Assembly (NCBI GenBank): GCA_965649825.1
Contig: OZ287702.1
Coordinates: forward strand, 982,786-1,046,785
DNA from: Penicillus capitatus
Lineage: Eukaryota; Plantae; Chlorophyta
Reading direction: 5' to 3'
Length of the DNA stretch: 64,000 nt
The notes under the pieces are model-generated. The model was not told where the DNA came from. It saw only the letters and a list, made by a program, of their open reading frames with translations, and made no database searches. Position numbers and translations under genes: made by a program. Shown one piece after another: positions 58,542 through 64,000 of the stretch (position 1 is the stretch's first letter; each line of letters opens with the position of its first letter).

Positions 58542-61027
58542 TTAATGTTGCTTTCTGTTGACATGTCCCTTGAAGTTTCTGCCTTTGCGTTTGATCGCAT
58601 TGATCTTGCGTCTCTTCTTGGCCTGTGCCATTCTGCCTTTCAGCGGAAGAGCTTTCTTCTTGATCTTTTCTCTATTGCTCGATCCGCCCGTTTTGCGCTT
58701 CTTCATTTCGGCTTTGCTCGGACGCGTCTCTTCTTCACGGCCTCGTAGAATGGACAACATACGCTCTGTCTTGTTCGCTTTGCCTCGTTTCTTCCCCAAC
58801 AGCTCCTGAATACCATCTCACTCTCAGACAAGAACAATGAGAATGATGCCAGGAGAAAACCGTGGGATGGATGCTGGATTCTGCGAGATGTGTGCGGTTT
58901 TCTTGGTGTTTGAGGAGATCATCGGCATCCGCCTCAGCTGCTTCGATCAAGCGCGAACTGCGCTCTTCCCCTGGCGTTATACCAAACTTCTTGAGCTGAT
59001 GCTTGACAGCTTCTTCACGTTTGAGCTCCTGCAGTCGGTGGAAATCGTCGTCTCCCAAAATCTCTGTCATCTCAATGAACGTCGTTCCTTTCTCCTCGGC
59101 ACATTTTTCGGCCTCTCGTACATCGACACGCGGAGACCTGCGCTTGTCCAGGACCGCTTCGGAGGATTCGCTGTCGGACAGGGAAGAAGTCTCCACATCC
59201 GACATCACGTTGTCTGAATCCCTCGCCTCCGGCTCTTTCGCCTCTTCTGAAAGGGACACAGCACCTCCACGATGCTTCTTCTGTCTCAGCTGTGCCAATT
59301 GCTTCTTGAGTGATGTGAGGGAACTCGGATCTGCTTTTGGGTTCTCGCGTACGGATCCAGTCGATTCTCCCTTATCTTCGACTGAACTCCCGACCGACTC
59401 CCCATCCGAATCTGATTCCGAAGGCGTCGTTTCGTTGGATGTATGCATAGAGGTCGCTGCCACCTCTTCTCTGTCTTTCTGTAAGAGATCTGCTCCTTCC
59501 AGGCGTTCATAGATGTGTGTTCTCCCAAATTCTAGAGGCTTTGTTGCTGCGAACGGCACATCGGTTCTGCCTCTCTCTTTCTTTGGCAACATGTCTGGTG
59601 CGATATCCCGAAATAACGAGACCAGTCCCTTTGCAGATGCACGAACTTCGGCATCTCTGAACTTTCGATACAACACCAAGTCACTTAAGAGCTCGGCATT
59701 CATGATCAATGGTGCTCTGGCACACATTTCGCGGACGGTCTTGAGACCAATGGTGATGACTTCTGGTCGAGCATGATCGTGGATAAAACGATCAACCAAC
59801 TGACGCAGAACTGCCTCGAGCGCATCGGGAGGGACCATTTCGTGTGCGCTCTCTACCAGAGCCGCCAGGACATTGAGGACATCTTTGCCGCCAGGAAAGA
59901 GATACTTCTGCAGGTAGGGATAGAAATTCAGCATCACCAATCGATGGACCGAAATCATCCTCGAAAGGAGTTTAATGATGGCAAAGCGCGTCCGAGAAGT
60001 CACTCTTCCTGAACGGGCACGCGCAAACAGTGTCTCGGCAATCTTGTAGGGATCCTGTAGAAGCTGAATGGCAGCAAACTGTTCTGTGAGATGCTGTCGT
60101 CGCTGGCGAGCCTGTCGCATCAGTGTCATCTTCACCCGCTTCAGTTTCTTCATCTTTCTCTTCTTGGAAGCTCTTGTACCTTTCTTCTGTGCACTGCCGT
60201 CTCGGGACATGTCTTCGTGAAGGGTATGGAGAAAGAGGCGTCACCTGTAGATGTCTTCTGCACAGAGCTGCGCTTCTCGTTGAACGGCATTCTCTTCATC
60301 GTCGTTGTCTTCGTCCTCGCCATCTTTCAAATCGTAGCCCAGAAAGAATTTCACGGCTGCGTACATGACCGTTGTGTTTGGATGGTAAACGGCCGAGGCA
60401 ATGACATTAGCTGTGTGGACATCTCTCCAAACCTACACCATCTCCATTCCTTCACACAACTCCGATCACTCTCTCTACCTGTCGTCTCCATAGATCTGTC
60501 AGTATGGCTAATGCCTTTTTGGCAATCAGCTCATTGCTAGCCTTCAGAGTACCGAGCAGAAATCCCTTCATCTGGCGGTTCAGCTGGTGTTGGCCATGGG
60601 GATGACGATTAGATGTCTTGACATCGGCCACGATAAAAGCAAAGATCATTCGCCTCAGGGTCTTGTCTTTGCAGCCGAAGAGCTGAAAGAAGAGCGGGAG
60701 TATAGTCATCATGTCCACACATCGCCTTTGGCGCAATTGCATGAGACTCTGCACCATTGCTTTACGCAGAGACGGATCGAGCACTTCGTGATTTCTCTCC
60801 AAAAGTGTGAGAAGGTCTGTAAGAAAACGATGCGTGTCCTTTGGATAGGCGTCAGCCACCGACGCCACGAAACGCACGAGGGCCACGAAATCTCTGGCCG
60901 GTTCATCGGGTCGCGTCTGGAAGATCTTGAGCGATGCGTCGAAATGCCGCAGCTGAAGTAGAAACTCATCACGGTATCCCTCCGGATCAGCACGGATGCG
61001 TCTCTGCAGCGACGCGAAATCGGTCAT
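58542..61027 (-). CDS. SDA1: SDA1 60S biogenesis factor
   Basis: LQRRIRADPEGYRDEF, MLNFYPYLQKYL, FIHDHARPEVITIGLKTVREMCARAP, basic C-terminus KTGGSSNREK...RNFKGH. Confidence 0.95.
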
Positions 61028-61077
61028 CTCAAGCGCGTTAAAGCAGCAGATCGTATTTTGTTGGTGTCTTTCCGGAT

Positions 61078-64000
61078 ATGCCGACAACAGAGTACTTCTT
61101 TCCGATTTCGAAGGTGCCTTACTTAAGAACGCGGATGACATATGGTAAAGGCCGATGCTGTAGGCACAACGATGCTTGATGGACTTCGGGTTCCGCGGAC
61201 CGAACAGCGTCATCGAAGCGGCGGAAGGCGTCGTCATCGAAGTAAGCAGTGTTCTCTTCGGAAACGCGTCGACAATGATGCATGTCTCACTGTGTAGCTA
61301 TTCGACCCGAAAAGCATCGGCGAGAATAACGAAGATGTCATCATGGCACGGGGGCACGGAAGCCGAGATGCCCTGATACGCACCTCGGCAAAGCTTTTGC
61401 GTCTTCTCGGGTACAAAGGTAGAAAACGAATCCTGCAGCGCGACAAGAATGATCGCCGATGATCCAGGCGGAACAGAAGACCTGCCAGATTGGGACTACA
61501 TGACGGAGAGGGAAGGGGAGGAGGTAAAAGAGTGAAACATGTTGGCAATAGTTAAGGACAAAGTGTGATTTCTGCAGGCAAAGTTCTACGGACCGTTCTC
61601 GCTGAAGGCCTTGCTGCAGTGGAGGGACTTCGACCCTCTGCAGTTGATGATGATCCGGAATCGTCCTTCTGGATTGTGGTTGCAGTACAACCATTTAGTG
61701 GAGATATGCGATCGGGCAGACGAGGCGTCATCCTCAGCTTCGAAACAGACACCGAATCTGGCAACCTCTTCATCGGCAGCTGCAGAGCCGACGGATCAAA
61801 GAACTCTCAGCGGAGAATCGCTCGAAACGTCGTCTGCTGAACAGCATCTGACAGAAGAGGCGCCACGTCGTCATGGAGTGATCAACAATCACACTGCTGC
61901 ATTGCATCCGCTGTTCCGTGCAGAGGAAACGAAGATGCGAACGGAAGTGTCGGATGGAGTGGATCGTTCTCCGGAGAGTTCGAGACAGAGACTTCCGCAG
62001 CCAGAGAAGTCACCAGTCCCTTCAGTGTCTCAAACAACAGTCGTGCCCACACCAAAGCCAGTGCTCAGTCATCCAAGTCTGCCAGTTCCGATGGTGACAA
62101 GCGCCATGCCCCATGCACCATCACGTATCGCCGTTTCTGAACCTGTCCCGAAGCCACTGACGACTTCTGTCCCAGTACCTGTCACCGTTTCCGCAAAAGA
62201 TGCTGTTCAAACTCCGATATCAGTAACTAGACCTGCAGCTCCAACAGTGCCTACTGCCACATCAGTACCAATTGTCCCAGTTCCGCGTCCTGTCATTACT
62301 TCAGATGCTTTCCGACATCTCGTCGAAAGTGTCAAGCATGATGCATTAAGACCGCCGCCAGCTGCACCAGCAGCAACGGTTCCAGTTTCACGTGCAGTTG
62401 TGACGCAAGATGCCAAGCAGCATCTCATTGATGCCGCCCCGAGGCCGCCATCCGCACCGACAGCAACTGCGACAGTTCCTCGTCCGATTGTGGTGCGCGA
62501 TGCCAAACAGCATCTCATTGCTTCTGCTCTGAGACCGCTTTCTGCTTCTACAGCAGCAACGGTTCCAGTGCCGCATCCTGTCGTAACTCAAAATGCTATG
62601 CGATCACTAAAGCCAGAATCCAAGAATGCCATGCCAGAATCCTTGCCAGTCGCTATGCTCAATGCCGCCATTCCAGATCAGCGTCCATTGCAGGACAGAT
62701 TTCAGCAGTCTTCTTCAGTGATTAGGCCACCTGTTACAAGACCTCCAACGGTCTCCGGAACTGCTGGCCCAACACCTCATCCAATGATCCAGTCGAGTAC
62801 CAGCGAATCACTTCCCAGCACCAGGGAAGAAAGTGGTCGCAGTCAAGCTCCCAGCGCATTGCCAATACGACTGTCATCTACTCAGGTGCCAGCCCCTGTA
62901 AAAGACGCACTCGTCTCTTCTGTTCCTCTGACAGCCTATGTCCAACACCCATTTGGTACAGCAGATAACGCCAAGATGTCATCCAGCACTGAATCGGAGA
63001 CAGCAATGCAGATGCCGGAAATGGAGAGACCCAGTGCGATGCGACAACCCGTCCCCCTTGCAAATTTGGCTGCTCCTGTCACAACAACTGCCATTTCTGT
63101 ATCCTCGCCAGAACGTGTGATACCGACAGAAAAAGGAAACGCGCCAGTTGGTACGAATAGTCCCAATCTGGAGCCCAGTGAGACCTCGGTTCGCCAGATC
63201 CCTCCGCCCGCTCGCCAAAACTCAGCATCCAGCGCCATGACGATCGATTCTGTCCCGGTTTACATGGAGACGGAAAACCTGTCGGCGGAACCAGACACGC
63301 CCAACGGAGACAATGTGGTGGTGCCAATGGATGCATCGACCTCAGCTCTCTCTTCCAGATCTATCAGAGATAACCACTCACCGAGATTTCTTTCCAGAAG
63401 TTCAACGAGCATGGGCACTTCGATTCTGCCTGAACCTATTGTTGCTGAACACAGCACAAGACCTTCCTACTCTCGGCGAATGGCAAATGACAGAAACGTC
63501 ACGGGTTCTCCGATGGGAGAACGTCGAACCCCGTCCCGTTCGCCAAGACCTATGGGACCGAGCAGTTCCCGTGTTCCGATGCGAGGCCGCGGCCAGCAAC
63601 AGATTGCACGTGGGTGGGGAAACAGAATGCCATCTGCTGGCAGAGAAACGCAATATGGCACTGGCTACGGACTGCGGAGATCGAATGCCAGTCGGCCCGT
63701 TGACCCTCCGTCCCTGGATCCCTTTGTCAACGAACTGCTTAGACAGATCGTCCGAGCGCCATCGATGACAGATTCCGAACGGGTTTGGGAAGGGCTCATT
63801 GAAAGAGCACAAGCATATCTGAAAGAAGGGTTCTCAGGAGTGATGGAGTACACGATGACATCCACCTTCGGAACGTTATGGTTGGAGGCCATCAAGATCA
63901 AGCCGCCATGGCTGGCTAAAGATCTGCTAGAGCTTTTTACCTTTCATCGAAGAGTCCTCTTCGCCCAACTGGTCAGTCGACAACTGATGGAGCTTATTCA
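61078..64000 (+). CDS. GYF-domain protein with a long Pro/Thr/Val-rich region; runs off the window
   Basis: Four GT-AG introns, then WDYMTER...FYGPFSLKALLQW (GYF-like); frame stays open from about 61555 to the window end, so it is absent from the ORF track. Confidence 0.75.

Noticed and set aside
5222-61027. Functional cluster of ribosome-related genes (BOP1, SNU13, NEMF, RPS10, SDA1)
   Set aside because: They are scattered among unrelated genes over 55 kb; unremarkable for a gene-dense genome.
1-64000. Non-standard genetic code (TAA/TAG as Gln, as in some ulvophytes)
   Set aside because: Conserved genes end at TAA, TAG and TGA, and long intronless ORFs (GPAT, ISY1, RING, GT32) contain no in-frame TAA/TAG. 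Apparent in-frame stops fall inside short introns.

Overview
Eukaryotic nuclear DNA from a very compact, intron-rich genome of about 50% GC, almost certainly a flagellated chlorophyte green alga. Support for that: plastid genes (Psb28, GPAT/ATS1, NFU, S1-domain protein), flagellar genes (KAP3/FLA3, RSP2, MYCBPAP-like), Sec machinery (PSTK) and a PTS2-type MDH. The finer lineage cannot be fixed from this window. About 36 protein-coding genes are packed almost end to end. Most are split by 40-60 nt introns, so the ORF track shows only fragments; I rebuilt the exon chains by eye against remembered family motifs, without any database search. The genetic code is standard. I found no rRNA, tRNA, CRISPR array or intact transposon, and no single unmistakable new system. 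Best leads: (1) SDA1 followed 7-16 nt later by a DnaJ-type zinc-finger gene, a bicistronic candidate; (2) a 14-bp palindrome, CGGTGCGCGCACCG, recurring in three intergenic promoter regions; (3) an MDH gene with two possible first exons (PTS2 peroxisomal vs untargeted); (4) a large leishmanolysin-EGF-adhesin-like-TM surface protein; (5) a hierarchical degenerate repeat at 10.86-11.18 kb; (6) an excess of GC-AG introns plus one apparent GT-TG intron; (7) a plastid protein with three copies of an EMB1703-like domain. Some anomalies (BOP1 frameshift, TG acceptor, truncated Psb28) may be assembly errors.
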